DNA of 64,000 bases from an uncultured virus (IMG/VR IMGVR_UViG_3300011429_000010) (lineage: Duplodnaviria; Heunggongvirae; Uroviricota; Caudoviricetes): the IMG/VR virus record IMGVR_UViG_3300011429_000010, one strand, 5' to 3'. Positions within the stretch are counted from its first letter, which is position 1. The number at the start of each line of letters is the position of its first letter. The translations under genes were made by a program, and so were the position numbers. Positions 11,001 through 20,223 of the stretch are shown here, piece by piece. A model generated the notes under the pieces. That model searched no databases and was not told where the DNA came from. It saw only the letters and a list, made by a program, of their open reading frames with translations.

Positions 11001-11836
11001 ACGACTCGTGGTGGTTCGATCGGTACACGCCGGGGATCACCGCGCGGCATGCGGAATTCGGTGATACGGTCCATGAAATGTTACTGGGCGGATCCAACGG
11101 CAACGGGTTCCGCCTCGCGGGCGTCCTCGACAACGCCACGGCCATTGATTGTCTCGCCACCCGCGTTGAAAACCAGGGCGATGCCCGCGCCCAGAAACTT
11201 TACCGTGATTGCATGCTGGAGCTGGAATCCGGGGGCGCGGTGAATGTCACCCTTTCCATGGGGCTGACCAACAACACGATCGTGGAGGCGCCGATCGTCA
11301 TTGCCACGACCGCCGGCCGCAAGGCGTATTACAGCAACATCCGTCCGCTGACCATGGACGGCTACGGCACGAATATTCAAATGGGCTTGGCGTGGTCACC
11401 CTTCTCCAGCTCGCTGCCCGGCCCGATCTTCTATGTGTATGACATTGGGCTGCAGGTTGAGCCCGAGCTGTCCACCAACTGGTTGTCAGGCCCGACCACG
11501 CATGGCCTGCCGGGGTTCCAGCAAGTGCCGTTGGCGATTCTGGCGTACCGTGCCAGCGGCGTGATTAGTTTTTCCGTGATTATTGATGGCGTCACGTACA
11601 CCTACGCGCTACCGTCAACCGGCGGCCAGTACCTCAAGAAAATGTTTCGGCTGCAGTCGGTGAAAGGCATGACGTTTCAGTACGGCTTCCTCGCGCCACT
11701 CCAAGCCGCATTCCAGTTATTCGATGTGGACTGCGAAGTCTGGGTACAATCGTGGGGGAAAGGTGGGGGCTATCAGGTCCGCAAGCCGTTCTCGGGTGCG
11801 GGCATTGGCATGTCGGGCACTCCAGTGGGGGCCTAG
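8039..11836 (+). CDS. Tail nozzle / DNA-stabilisation-like protein (P22 gp10 / T7 gp12 analogue)
   Basis: 1265 aa; N-terminal GLHLASPMDL...LQNVR...GTIQSRDG and beta-propeller-like WSKPNNPD...GIAFLAKDGI segments; TAATG-coupled to the previous gene. Confidence 0.65.
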   Translation: MPSFSRQQYRFFCQGLHLASPMDLCPPGKWPVLQNVRSYQNGTIQSRDGLTLLAGTGFAGVPIHTIYRLRDPTPFATVPALYFFGAAGSLFAGPIGGPYASVDTGYSGNPVCTVALQPYGSPQPWLYVADTARMRKFNSGSLSYPIGIASPPAAPLIDMYTIGVNLVASFNAGLGGWTSVGTTAGALAASPAARVNTTISEVLPDPASTIPGNISIVPASMANISEGMMLLKGGVDLIQVAQVTIAVAATTIAAIIYDVGATGLCTIQPAASLGTGQIEMPALFDERANLANQVVGSGAVGLAVRRGSAGLPNPEAGDATIPRSTRRIRQLDFPVHCLVRLNATETVRIISVTTGPDEIQSFRCFTVGAFIAGQTITGVAGFRAWTAAAAAETLTDATVRNVITPTFVAPATTGEATAGIMSGAVPQNLAQVTVGATLRPLIPEDDVHLAIKVDDLTKVKTVRIYFDTDRATNDFTQNYFFFEWRANDLIEAIQATNTAVVNPLISAAQTLATNVAIESTANAATQQEGARRARGARLAAQANPPAPESQALGMGNNQWLDLHCKLRQLVHVGTDPSRTLADVQKVEILVSVDSATAVTVDYDTLYVSGGYSPDVGQVGRGYQYRYSYRSSITGAVSNPSPLAQTGVYPRRQRVMVTAAQSADPQVDLIDWWRFGGSLTTWTYVGTTRNVASPLFNDDYGDQAIDGGKTIEYDNFQPWPSTDLPRVGTVNVAGNTLRWVSGDLFNVNWSEGSAIVVNNRIFTLLMRPVSTTLLFLTQSAGVGTGVAFTVPSATLVSQFFPVLFGGPIGGVIFTFGVGDARNPGNVTWSKPNNPDVTSDRNTMPVTAPSEPLISGCLYDGLPYVFSPDNCYVLEPTFSDVNAFRALVTPCGRGLWARTAICPTPYGIAFLAKDGIGLTRGGGIAEMITNKDLYPLFPHDGRAGVAVNGFSPPDMTVTNRLRLSFCDGYLYFDYQDTAGALRTLTYRFIDDSWWFDRYTPGITARHAEFGDTVHEMLLGGSNGNGFRLAGVLDNATAIDCLATRVENQGDARAQKLYRDCMLELESGGAVNVTLSMGLTNNTIVEAPIVIATTAGRKAYYSNIRPLTMDGYGTNIQMGLAWSPFSSSLPGPIFYVYDIGLQVEPELSTNWLSGPTTHGLPGFQQVPLAILAYRASGVISFSVIIDGVTYTYALPSTGGQYLKKMFRLQSVKGMTFQYGFLAPLQAAFQLFDVDCEVWVQSWGKGGGYQVRKPFSGAGIGMSGTPVGA

Positions 11837-11839
11837 ATC

Positions 11840-12109
11840 GTGGCTGATCGAGATTTCTTCCACCCATTGTCTGCGTTGGCTCGCATCGACCAGGATATCG
11901 TCAGTGCGCCCGAGATCGCCAAAGTGGTCAGTGGGGCGCCTGACACGCAACGGTACGTGCGCGGAGATAACCAATCCGTGACACAAACTACCGAGGGGCG
12001 GGTGCGCGTCACGAGTGAGGAACGCCTGCAAGGTACACTGGCCGAACTTGTGGATGAAGTTCGGAAACTCCGTCAGACCCTTGAATTTATTCACGGCGTG
12101 TCAATTTAA
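11840..12109 (+). CDS. Hypothetical protein with C-terminal coiled coil
   Basis: 89 aa, GTG start, operon packing. Confidence 0.5.
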   Translation: MADRDFFHPLSALARIDQDIVSAPEIAKVVSGAPDTQRYVRGDNQSVTQTTEGRVRVTSEERLQGTLAELVDEVRKLRQTLEFIHGVSI

Positions 12110-12124
12110 CAAGGAGTCTACACG

Positions 12125-12811
12125 ATGGGCACGGAAGTCAAATTACTCGGACGGATTCGCAAGCTATTCGAGAGCTTCGACGCCGAAGCCTCTGGGTCAG
12201 ATTTGCGCGATCTCACCCTGAACCAGCAGTTGGAATTGCTGATCTCCCAAGGGTCCGCGCCCTACCAGGAGATCGTTCGCGCGGGCCGGGCCTTCTGGGT
12301 CAACACCGCCGTGGCCGTCCCGGCCGTGGTGGCCATCCCTACCACCGCCCATATGCTGGCGATCTACAACACCGAACCCGATGGTGGCCGATCGCTCATC
12401 ATTGATTGGGTCGCCGCCCAGAACGTCGCCAGTACGGCCGCCGCCGGTCAAGCCAATGTCCTGGGATTACTCGGACAGGTCCGAGAGACGGTCCCGGTCG
12501 ATGCCGCACTCCCAATCAAGAAATGCAATGGGATGGGTGGCGGCATTCCGGATGCCCCCGTTCGGACCATCCTGACGGCGACCGCGCTGCCTGCGGGCAC
12601 GGGCCTCCAGACCAACTGGTTCCCGGTCGGTCCTTCGGTTGGCAAGCCGGGTGCGGCGGCTACCCCCGGTTATGGGATCTGGAGCGCGATTCAAGGTGGG
12701 ATGATTGTCCCACCCGGCCGCTACTTCGCCATGCATGTGATCGCCAACGTGGTTGGGGAAACTTTCCAGGGGTTCATCGGCTTCCACGTGAAGCAGCTCC
12801 AGCTCGGGTAA
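12125..12811 (+). CDS. Putative virion protein
   Basis: 228 aa, strong RBS AAGGAG. Confidence 0.6.
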   Translation: MGTEVKLLGRIRKLFESFDAEASGSDLRDLTLNQQLELLISQGSAPYQEIVRAGRAFWVNTAVAVPAVVAIPTTAHMLAIYNTEPDGGRSLIIDWVAAQNVASTAAAGQANVLGLLGQVRETVPVDAALPIKKCNGMGGGIPDAPVRTILTATALPAGTGLQTNWFPVGPSVGKPGAAATPGYGIWSAIQGGMIVPPGRYFAMHVIANVVGETFQGFIGFHVKQLQLG

Positions 12812-12814
12812 TCC

Positions 12815-13030
12815 ATGGCCAAGCCCCAGCTCGACACCATGCCCGCGGCGACCACCGATCGCGAAGTCATCACGAATGTCAAGCGATTGGCGGACCATGT
12901 AGGGTCGCTGGACGCCAAGGTTGACACGTTGCAGCAACAGGTGAATAATCTTCCCGCGCCGCTGACCCTGGAACAAATCAAAATGGCATTGTTAGCCGAA
13001 GGGTTGCTAGTCGATCCTGTACGGCCCTGA
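12815..13030 (+). CDS. Small coiled-coil protein
   Basis: 71 aa, heptad pattern LDAKVDTLQQQVNNL. Confidence 0.5.
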   Translation: MAKPQLDTMPAATTDREVITNVKRLADHVGSLDAKVDTLQQQVNNLPAPLTLEQIKMALLAEGLLVDPVRP

Positions 13031-13045
13031 TCTGATGAGGTTCTG

Positions 13046-13519
13046 ATGATTACGACACTGTATCCGGTGCAATCAATCGGCAGCGTCCATTTCCTGCAGG
13101 CACTGGCGGCGGCGGGGGGTTCGCTCACGCCTCCATTTGTCGGGACGCCGATCAACAATATTCCAGGCGTCCCACCCATCCGCGAGCGGCGCTTTCTCAT
13201 TCGCACGATTTCGTACACAGGCATTGAACAGGTCGGCTTAGAATTCGATTTCTTCGCCGACGCGGCGGGGACGATCTTTCTGGGCCGATATCAATTCGCC
13301 TCCAGCAATGGCTGGCAGCTGAATGCCTTGGGGCTGTTCACGTTCTACGTGGATGGACTGGCGATCCCGTACTGGGACAAGGATCGCGCCAATACCCAGG
13401 ATCCCCCGCGGCTGCACGTGGCCGCCCAGAACGTGGATCTCATTGCGAAGTCCATCGGCGAGCTGGGGACGGTCGTCCTGACGGTGTGGCTGGAACCCAT
13501 GCAGAGCGTACAGGGATAA
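13046..13519 (+). CDS. Putative virion protein
   Basis: 157 aa, RBS GAGG. Confidence 0.55.
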   Translation: MITTLYPVQSIGSVHFLQALAAAGGSLTPPFVGTPINNIPGVPPIRERRFLIRTISYTGIEQVGLEFDFFADAAGTIFLGRYQFASSNGWQLNALGLFTFYVDGLAIPYWDKDRANTQDPPRLHVAAQNVDLIAKSIGELGTVVLTVWLEPMQSVQG

Positions 13520-13524
13520 GCGTT

Positions 13525-14439
13525 ATGTACATTTCACCACGATCCGAGCGGCGGTTCTGGGTCATCGCTACGTGTGTGGTACTGCTGGGGACGGCGGTCA
13601 GCATGGCCGAAGCCCAGACGTTCAGCGCGCAGATCCAGAATTTCTGGAATATGCTCAGGACGGGACGGTTGACGTTTACCACGTTGCGGGCGACGAATAT
13701 CATCACGACCGGGACAACCACACAAACGGCGAATGGGATTGGCACAACTTCTACGGATGGTCTGGTGTTAGCCAACAATACGCCAGCCACCGCGGGCGTG
13801 CCTGTCCAGCAAGCCCCACGGATTCGTTTGCGGGGGAACACGTGGGATACTGACGATCTGGTCAATCGGACGAACGACATTATTTTGGAAAATGTTCCCT
13901 TGAGTTCGGCGTCAACCAACGGGACGTTGCGTATTGGGTTCACACTCAATGGTGTGGTCAACCCAAATGCGCTGACCTTGACGAATACGGGCTCACTGAC
14001 CACGCTTGGCGCGATCACAGCCGGCGGCGTGGTGACATCGAACAGCGACATGCTGGCAGGGTCGACAGCGTTCATCTACTGGAGTTCACGGACGCTATTG
14101 TCCTCGCCAGCCAACGCGGCCCTGAACGCCACCAATCAAGCCAACAACACGGGAATTCAAACAACCTTCGGCGGGCTGCCCACGGTCGGCACGTGCGGGA
14201 CTGGGACCGTCAACGCGAAATCCACCAACACCTATGGCGGGATTGTCCCCACTGGCGCGAGCGCCTGCACGGTGATTTTCCACACAACGCCCGCATTTAC
14301 CAACACGCCATTCTGTACCGTGACGCTGCAGGGAACGGCAGAGGTTTATCGCATCTCAGCGGTCTCGACAACCTCATTCACGGTAAACTTTACCACGGCT
14401 GGAAATCCATTTATGTATCATTGTGGCGGTGGAGTCTAG
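13525..14439 (+). CDS. Tail-fibre-like protein with Sec-type signal peptide
   Basis: MYISPRSERRFWVIATCVVLLGTAVSMAEA-Q; Thr/Asn/Gly-rich shaft; C-terminal domain with 4 Cys. Confidence 0.7.
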   Translation: MYISPRSERRFWVIATCVVLLGTAVSMAEAQTFSAQIQNFWNMLRTGRLTFTTLRATNIITTGTTTQTANGIGTTSTDGLVLANNTPATAGVPVQQAPRIRLRGNTWDTDDLVNRTNDIILENVPLSSASTNGTLRIGFTLNGVVNPNALTLTNTGSLTTLGAITAGGVVTSNSDMLAGSTAFIYWSSRTLLSSPANAALNATNQANNTGIQTTFGGLPTVGTCGTGTVNAKSTNTYGGIVPTGASACTVIFHTTPAFTNTPFCTVTLQGTAEVYRISAVSTTSFTVNFTTAGNPFMYHCGGGV

Positions 14440-14448
14440 GGGGCTGAA

Positions 14449-15378
14449 ATGAGTGGCATTTTCAGTGCGCTGGGCGACGGCGTCACCGATGACACCGTAG
14501 CTATCCAAGCCGCACTTAATAGCGGGCATCCGGTGTACCTGCCAGAAGGTACATATAAAACGACTGGCCTCGTCATCAGTCGTGATACAACCGTGCTGCG
14601 TGGAGCCGGACGTGGGAAAACGGTACTTCAAGGTGTAGGGACCAGTCCGATTCTAACCATTACGGCTGGATATCCCGATCTCCGCGATTTCAGCTTAAAT
14701 GGTACCCCAACCCAAACGCCCTATGGAATTTTCTTCGACACGAATGGCGGCATTCAGGGTACCTTCCGCGATCTCGATATTGCCAACATCACAGGGGCGC
14801 CGGGCTACGGAATTGGTAACACACTCCATGGCTATTCGACGCTGTTTGATCGGCTGCGGATTTCAGGCTGCAATATCGGCCTGCATCTCATTCGCAATAT
14901 CCAGAACACGATTATCGATCATTGCCTGATCTATCAGAATAAGGTCGCACAGATCGTTCTAGGAAACGGCGTTGGGACATCCCGCATGATCTCGATCATG
15001 AATTCGGAAATAGAGGGCGGAGGTAATCCAGGGCAAGACGTGATGGGGATTATCGTCAACCAAATCGAACCGCTGACTATTATTAATTGTTATTTTGAGA
15101 GTTTCGATAGCTTGGGGTCCGCAGACATTCAAGTACTCGGAGCCTTAGTTGGGACACAGAACCGTCTAACGTTCATCGGCTGCTACAGCAACGCGAATAT
15201 CGTGGCGCGCAATGCGATTAAGTTGGATGCCAACTGCGGGCTGTCGATGGAAGGTTGCTATTATTTCAACAACGCACCGGGCGGCGACACAATTGAAAAC
15301 CACCACACATTAGGACGTGTGGTAACATTGCGTAATTCGGTACTGAACGTCAACGGGGGGGTTTCCACAGGCTTTTAA
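14449..15378 (+). CDS. Pectate-lyase-like beta-helix protein (tailspike/depolymerase candidate)
   Basis: GDGVTDDTVAIQAALN...VYLPEGTY...LRGAGRGKTVL motif and parallel beta-helix repeats; more AT-rich than flanks. Confidence 0.8.
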   Translation: MSGIFSALGDGVTDDTVAIQAALNSGHPVYLPEGTYKTTGLVISRDTTVLRGAGRGKTVLQGVGTSPILTITAGYPDLRDFSLNGTPTQTPYGIFFDTNGGIQGTFRDLDIANITGAPGYGIGNTLHGYSTLFDRLRISGCNIGLHLIRNIQNTIIDHCLIYQNKVAQIVLGNGVGTSRMISIMNSEIEGGGNPGQDVMGIIVNQIEPLTIINCYFESFDSLGSADIQVLGALVGTQNRLTFIGCYSNANIVARNAIKLDANCGLSMEGCYYFNNAPGGDTIENHHTLGRVVTLRNSVLNVNGGVSTGF

Positions 15379-15388
15379 GGATTACAAC

Positions 15389-15586
15389 ATGCCCAAAGAC
15401 AAAACCGGCCAATTGCTCGACGTCGGCGATCTGGTGCTCCTCCGCGGCAAAATCGTAGAGCTGCACCAGACCCCCGATTTCTCCGCGGTCACGGTGGAAA
15501 CCGAAGCGGACGAGGGCAAGGATCCCGTTCGCATCAAACTCGACACGGCGCAAGTGACGCTCGACGTCGCGCCCGCCAAACCATAG
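15389..15586 (+). CDS. Small SH3/KOW-like hypothetical protein
   Basis: 65 aa, DKTGQLLDVGDLV pattern, RBS AAGGA. Confidence 0.5.
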   Translation: MPKDKTGQLLDVGDLVLLRGKIVELHQTPDFSAVTVETEADEGKDPVRIKLDTAQVTLDVAPAKP

Positions 15587-15593
15587 GTGGTAC

Positions 15594-16271
15594 ATGCAGG
15601 ATTATCACGCACAGGTCGCGGAGATTCTGGATCGGGTGTATGCCTCCGCGCTGGTCGGTGCAGATCGAGCGGAGGAAGGCAAGGCCCAGCTCGCACGGCG
15701 CGCGGCGTACGAGATTCACCAGATCAATCGGAATATCGGGTTGTTGAAAAAGGACAGCGGGAATAACGTCGGCGGGTTGTCCGTGGACGTCTTCCTGGAC
15801 AAGTCTGATGGATCGTGGGCGGATATGGCCTCGGATGCCGCGACCGGCAACGCCAATATCCGCGAAGTGACCACGCCATGGACGGCCCACAACAACCCCA
15901 GCGAATCAATTTCTGTTGATCGCTGGGTCGAGCCGACGTTGGCGCTGGCGAACCAGCCCGGCCCGCTCGTGCTGGTGCAGTCCACCCCCGATCCTGGACC
16001 AGACCCCACGCCGCCGGCTACCGGGCCGATCCTCGTGGTGTTCCGTGTCCTCTCGCCCGAAGGCGTGCCGCTCGAAGCGATCCTACGCGCGACGAATCAG
16101 CCCTTCGGCAACTGGGCCGGGCTGACCTGCGAACGCTGTGGACTGTTCCCGGCGACCCTCGCGCCCTCAACCTACCGGATCCGTGTCGAGGCTGACGGCT
16201 TCGACCCGGAACTGAACACCGCCGATTATGATCTCAGGCGTGACGAAATCCGCACGATCATCGTGCGCTAG
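15594..16271 (+). CDS. Unknown domain + Pro linker + carboxypeptidase-regulatory-like beta domain; lysin candidate
   Basis: N-domain is similar to the insert at 5097-5396; C-terminal LAPSTYRIRVEADGF motif. Confidence 0.55.
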   Translation: MQDYHAQVAEILDRVYASALVGADRAEEGKAQLARRAAYEIHQINRNIGLLKKDSGNNVGGLSVDVFLDKSDGSWADMASDAATGNANIREVTTPWTAHNNPSESISVDRWVEPTLALANQPGPLVLVQSTPDPGPDPTPPATGPILVVFRVLSPEGVPLEAILRATNQPFGNWAGLTCERCGLFPATLAPSTYRIRVEADGFDPELNTADYDLRRDEIRTIIVR

Positions 16272-16294
16272 TCGATGTGTGATAGGGTGCTCCT

Positions 16295-17095
16295 ATGCCG
16301 GCAGATATTTTCGGCTCATCAGGCCCAGCAGGGATGGATCTGGGGTCGTGGGACAAGCCTGTGTCCTCGACGTCCCCGTTCAAGCTCGATTTCGGCTCAG
16401 CTGGCAGCCTGTCCAACCTGCCGAGTCGGCCGACCGTGCCGAATAGCTCATCCGGGTTGCCGGGGGGTGGGCTCGGTGAAAGCGGTGGCATGCCAGATGG
16501 GGGCGGGGACGCGTTCGATTGGAAAGGGGCGGTGGGCGAGTTCGCGCCGCTCCTCGCGGGGCTGTTCGGCAACAACCCCTACGAAAAGAAAACAGCCGGC
16601 GCGGCCGACGACATGGCCGCCTTGGGGAAGTCGCTGGTGGGGGAGGGCAAAGGGCTGGCTGGCGAGGGTAAGGCCGCTCTGGCGCCCGTGCTGCAGTTTC
16701 TACAGGCGGTTGCGGGGGGCGACCAGACTGCCCTCATGCAGGCGACGATGCCGGAGCGCAAAAAGATCATTGATCAGTATGACACCGCGAAACAGTCCCT
16801 GAAGTTCGCGCCGCGCGGCGGGGGCACCGCCTCAGCCATGCTGGATATCGAAGGCAAGGAAGCCAGCGATCTGGCGATCAACAGCGCCGAAGCGCATCGG
16901 TCAGGGGTGCGGGATCTCGGGACGCTGGGCATGAATTTGACCAGTCAAGGGATCAACGCGCAGGCAGCTGGCGGTGCCTCGACCGCCAATGCCGCGACCA
17001 CCTACGGCAAGCTGCAGGAAAGTAAAAAGGACTCGCTGGGTGGATTTGGCCAAGTCCTCGGGAAGGCGCTGCCATTTATCCTGGCGGCGATTTAA
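16295..17095 (+). CDS. Internal virion / DNA ejection protein
   Basis: Gly/Ala-rich and helical, with hydrophobic GGFGQVLGKALPFILAAI end; first of four such genes. Confidence 0.6.
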   Translation: MPADIFGSSGPAGMDLGSWDKPVSSTSPFKLDFGSAGSLSNLPSRPTVPNSSSGLPGGGLGESGGMPDGGGDAFDWKGAVGEFAPLLAGLFGNNPYEKKTAGAADDMAALGKSLVGEGKGLAGEGKAALAPVLQFLQAVAGGDQTALMQATMPERKKIIDQYDTAKQSLKFAPRGGGTASAMLDIEGKEASDLAINSAEAHRSGVRDLGTLGMNLTSQGINAQAAGGASTANAATTYGKLQESKKDSLGGFGQVLGKALPFILAAI

Positions 17096-17097
17096 TT

Positions 17098-19119
17098 ATG
17101 CCCAACATGGATTTCGCATCGGGATTGCTGGGCGGCTACCATGAGAGCCTGAAAACGGAGCGCGAGCGCCGCGACAAGAATTCCATGGACGCGGCCCAGT
17201 TTCTGTTGCAGACCGGCCGCGTGCGGGACTACAACGATCTGCTGCCCATTCTGGGTGGGTTGTTTGATCCGCAGGGCAAGGGCCCCGGTAACAAGCGTGG
17301 CGGCAAGGGTAAGGTGGATCCTCACACGCTACTGGGGGCGTTCATCAATCCGGCGCTGGCGGCGCATCATGCGCGCGCGGGGCAGCCGGGGCAATCCTCC
17401 ACGCCCGACATGGGCACGCCGGGGAAGCCGGGCGCGGAAATCGGCAGCGGGGGTGCCGCGGATTTGTCCACGCCGTCCGCGCCAGCTGGCACGCCTCAAC
17501 CGAATATGTCCGTGGCCGCGGCGAGTGCGCCAGCGACGCCTGCAGCGGCGAGCCCTGCGGGGCCGCGTGGCCCGCTCATGTCGCGCAGCGAACAAGTGAC
17601 CCAGGATCAGAACCTCGCCATCCAAGGCGCCACGGCGACCCAGCGCGCCCATTTTCAGGAACAGCTCAAACAGGCCGAACAGCTGCGGCAGACCTTCCCC
17701 AATATGTCCCTGCAGCAAAGTCTGGAAGCGGTGGGCATGAAATTGCCCAGCGCCGTGCCGCGGTGGCAGCCGGGTGGCGTCCTTGGGAAGGATCTGCCGG
17801 TCGGGGCACAGGATTTCTTCGGCGAGCCCATCGATCCCAAGGGCACGTACAAAGTCGGCCAGCACAATGGCCAGACGGTATTCAGCCCGACTACGCCCAA
17901 CGCCACGACATTCGATCGGGATCTGGAGCGTCGTAAATCGGATTATCTGGCCGCGGGGCTGGATGACGACTCCGCTGCCGCACACGCGAGTGCCGATCGC
18001 CTGAAGGAACGGCAGGACAAGGCGCAACGGCTGGCCGGACTGATTCAAACCAATCAACTTACACAGGAAGAACACCGGCGCGCGCTCGCGGGCGAGATCA
18101 GTTTCAAGGACGCGTTGACCATGGCCAACCGGATCGCCATGAACGATCCGTCCATGACGCGCGAAGACATGGCCGAATTCGGCCGGGCGATTTACAAGCG
18201 ATTTGGACCGGGAACGGGGACGACTTCGACGCCGCAAACTGGGGGATCGGTGGGCGCTGGCGAAGCCGCGACTGTTCCTGGTTCAAATGCGGCGGCTCCG
18301 GCGACTGGGGACGCAGCATCGTCTTCGGCCATGACCGCTCCGGCACTCGCCGCAACTGGGGCGAGCGCTCCGGCACCGGCCCAAGCGTCCGCCCCTACAT
18401 CACGTGGGGTAGGTCCGGATCCGACCGCGTACAATCCCGCCGCTACGCCCGGTCTGCCCAAGGACACGGCGCGGGACGCCAACCTGTGGGTCGGTAAGGT
18501 CAAGCCGGGCAAGCTCACCGCGCAGCAGGCGGAGATCGTCCGATCGGCACGCACCGCGTTACAGTTGATTCCTCATGTCACCGGTCCAATCGAGGCGGCC
18601 GGGCTGCAAAATGAAATGGGCGTGGGACCGGCCATCAAAGCGCGCTGGAAGAATTTCCTGTACAGCCGTGGCGTGACGGAAGACCAATTCAACATTCAGC
18701 TGCAGCAATATGCCGGTGCGGTGCAGGCGTATGTCCTGCGGGCGCTGTTGAACGGCCGTCCCAATCTCGCGCTGCAGGAATTGTACGCCGCGCATATTCC
18801 TGATCCGACCAAGGATCCGCCGGGGTTGCTGTACCGCAAGATTAAGGAGCTGGGCAAAATCGTCAACACGGGCGCGAACGTGGCGATCGAGAATGCCGAA
18901 TTCACCCCGGAACAACTGGCCGCGGCACTCGCCAAAGATTTCCAGACCGCGGAGGGACCGGACGGCGCGGGTGGGGCTGATCCGCTCCGCCTCAAGGCGC
19001 GGCAGTACCTGATGGATGAGGGTAAGGAAGCCAGCGACCAAACCGTGGAGGCGGTGTTAGCGAAACCCGGCGCCCGTGAATTCCTGCAGACCTACACGCC
19101 GAAGGGCGGTAAAAAATAA
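17098..19119 (+). CDS. Internal virion / ejection protein
   Basis: 673 aa; FASGLLGGY N-terminus, helical and low-complexity Ala/Pro segments. Confidence 0.6.
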   Translation: MPNMDFASGLLGGYHESLKTERERRDKNSMDAAQFLLQTGRVRDYNDLLPILGGLFDPQGKGPGNKRGGKGKVDPHTLLGAFINPALAAHHARAGQPGQSSTPDMGTPGKPGAEIGSGGAADLSTPSAPAGTPQPNMSVAAASAPATPAAASPAGPRGPLMSRSEQVTQDQNLAIQGATATQRAHFQEQLKQAEQLRQTFPNMSLQQSLEAVGMKLPSAVPRWQPGGVLGKDLPVGAQDFFGEPIDPKGTYKVGQHNGQTVFSPTTPNATTFDRDLERRKSDYLAAGLDDDSAAAHASADRLKERQDKAQRLAGLIQTNQLTQEEHRRALAGEISFKDALTMANRIAMNDPSMTREDMAEFGRAIYKRFGPGTGTTSTPQTGGSVGAGEAATVPGSNAAAPATGDAASSSAMTAPALAATGASAPAPAQASAPTSRGVGPDPTAYNPAATPGLPKDTARDANLWVGKVKPGKLTAQQAEIVRSARTALQLIPHVTGPIEAAGLQNEMGVGPAIKARWKNFLYSRGVTEDQFNIQLQQYAGAVQAYVLRALLNGRPNLALQELYAAHIPDPTKDPPGLLYRKIKELGKIVNTGANVAIENAEFTPEQLAAALAKDFQTAEGPDGAGGADPLRLKARQYLMDEGKEASDQTVEAVLAKPGAREFLQTYTPKGGKK

Positions 19120-19122
19120 TCC

Positions 19123-20223
19123 ATGCCGCAAGGCTATCCGGATCCCTTTGCGAACCTGCGCGCGACCAGTGACGCGCCAGCTGCCGCTGAACCCGAGACG
19201 TGGTGGGGCGGGTTCAGTAAAGGACTGGGTGATTACGCCACCGACGTTGGACAGGGCATGATGCAGAGTATGGCCCAGCCACAGACCGCCGGGGATGTGC
19301 TTGGACTGATGCTGCCCGGCGCGATGGCGCAGCTTCCACGTGGCGCCAAGTCCGTGGCCAAGGCTGTGACGAAGGGCGTCAATCCTACCGTGCGGGACGC
19401 ACGGACATTGACGGGGGCCTTTGCGGGCGATCGCACCACCGGGAATTTTACAGGGGCGGTGGGTGGGTTAGGAGACGTGAACACGCTCGCCCCACATCCT
19501 ATGCCCGTCAAGGGTGCGCCCGCGTCCATGCCCACGACCACGCCACGTCCCACCGCCGGGTTTGCGTACGACTGGCCCGAGGCCGGCGGCGCGCAGTACC
19601 ATGTCACCGGCGGGCCGTCGCATGGATCCACGGTGGGCGAGGACACGCTGCGGAGTCTGGGGATCGACGTCCCGACATCCAAGATGCCCACCCAGCCGCC
19701 GGGCATCGCGTCCGATCCCATGGGCAAACTGGCTGACGCGGACGCCAAGCTGCAGCGACAGGGCGCGGCGTCGCGGTTGGACCCCCGTGATCAAGGAGCA
19801 GGGACGCTGGGAGACAAACCGTTGCCACCGGGTGGGACGTTCGCGCCAGGGAAGACCCCGATCCGCATGCGGCTGGATGAGATCCCACCGGAGATTCGGA
19901 ATCAGGCGCCGGGCACCAAGTTTACCGATACCGAGACGGGGATCGTGTACATTCGGGATAAGACGGGGAAATTGTTTATTGATCGCAGCAAGGTCAAAGG
20001 ACAACCAACTGCGACCACGGCAGCCCCCGCGAAGGACGCGCTGGGTGATCTCGCCGAGAAATTAAAGACGCCACGTGATCCCGCCGACGTCCGCGAATCT
20101 CTGAGTAAGTATCGCAATTACAACACGACGCCCGATGACGTGTTGAAATACTTGTCAGAGCAACAAAACGACTCCAAGGCGTACGCGGAAATTCGCCGCC
20201 GTCGCCAAGCGAAATACGAATGA
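19123..20223 (+). CDS. Internal virion-like protein
   Basis: 366 aa; DPFANL and WWGGF...G motifs common in ejection proteins. Confidence 0.5.
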   Translation: MPQGYPDPFANLRATSDAPAAAEPETWWGGFSKGLGDYATDVGQGMMQSMAQPQTAGDVLGLMLPGAMAQLPRGAKSVAKAVTKGVNPTVRDARTLTGAFAGDRTTGNFTGAVGGLGDVNTLAPHPMPVKGAPASMPTTTPRPTAGFAYDWPEAGGAQYHVTGGPSHGSTVGEDTLRSLGIDVPTSKMPTQPPGIASDPMGKLADADAKLQRQGAASRLDPRDQGAGTLGDKPLPPGGTFAPGKTPIRMRLDEIPPEIRNQAPGTKFTDTETGIVYIRDKTGKLFIDRSKVKGQPTATTAAPAKDALGDLAEKLKTPRDPADVRESLSKYRNYNTTPDDVLKYLSEQQNDSKAYAEIRRRRQAKYE

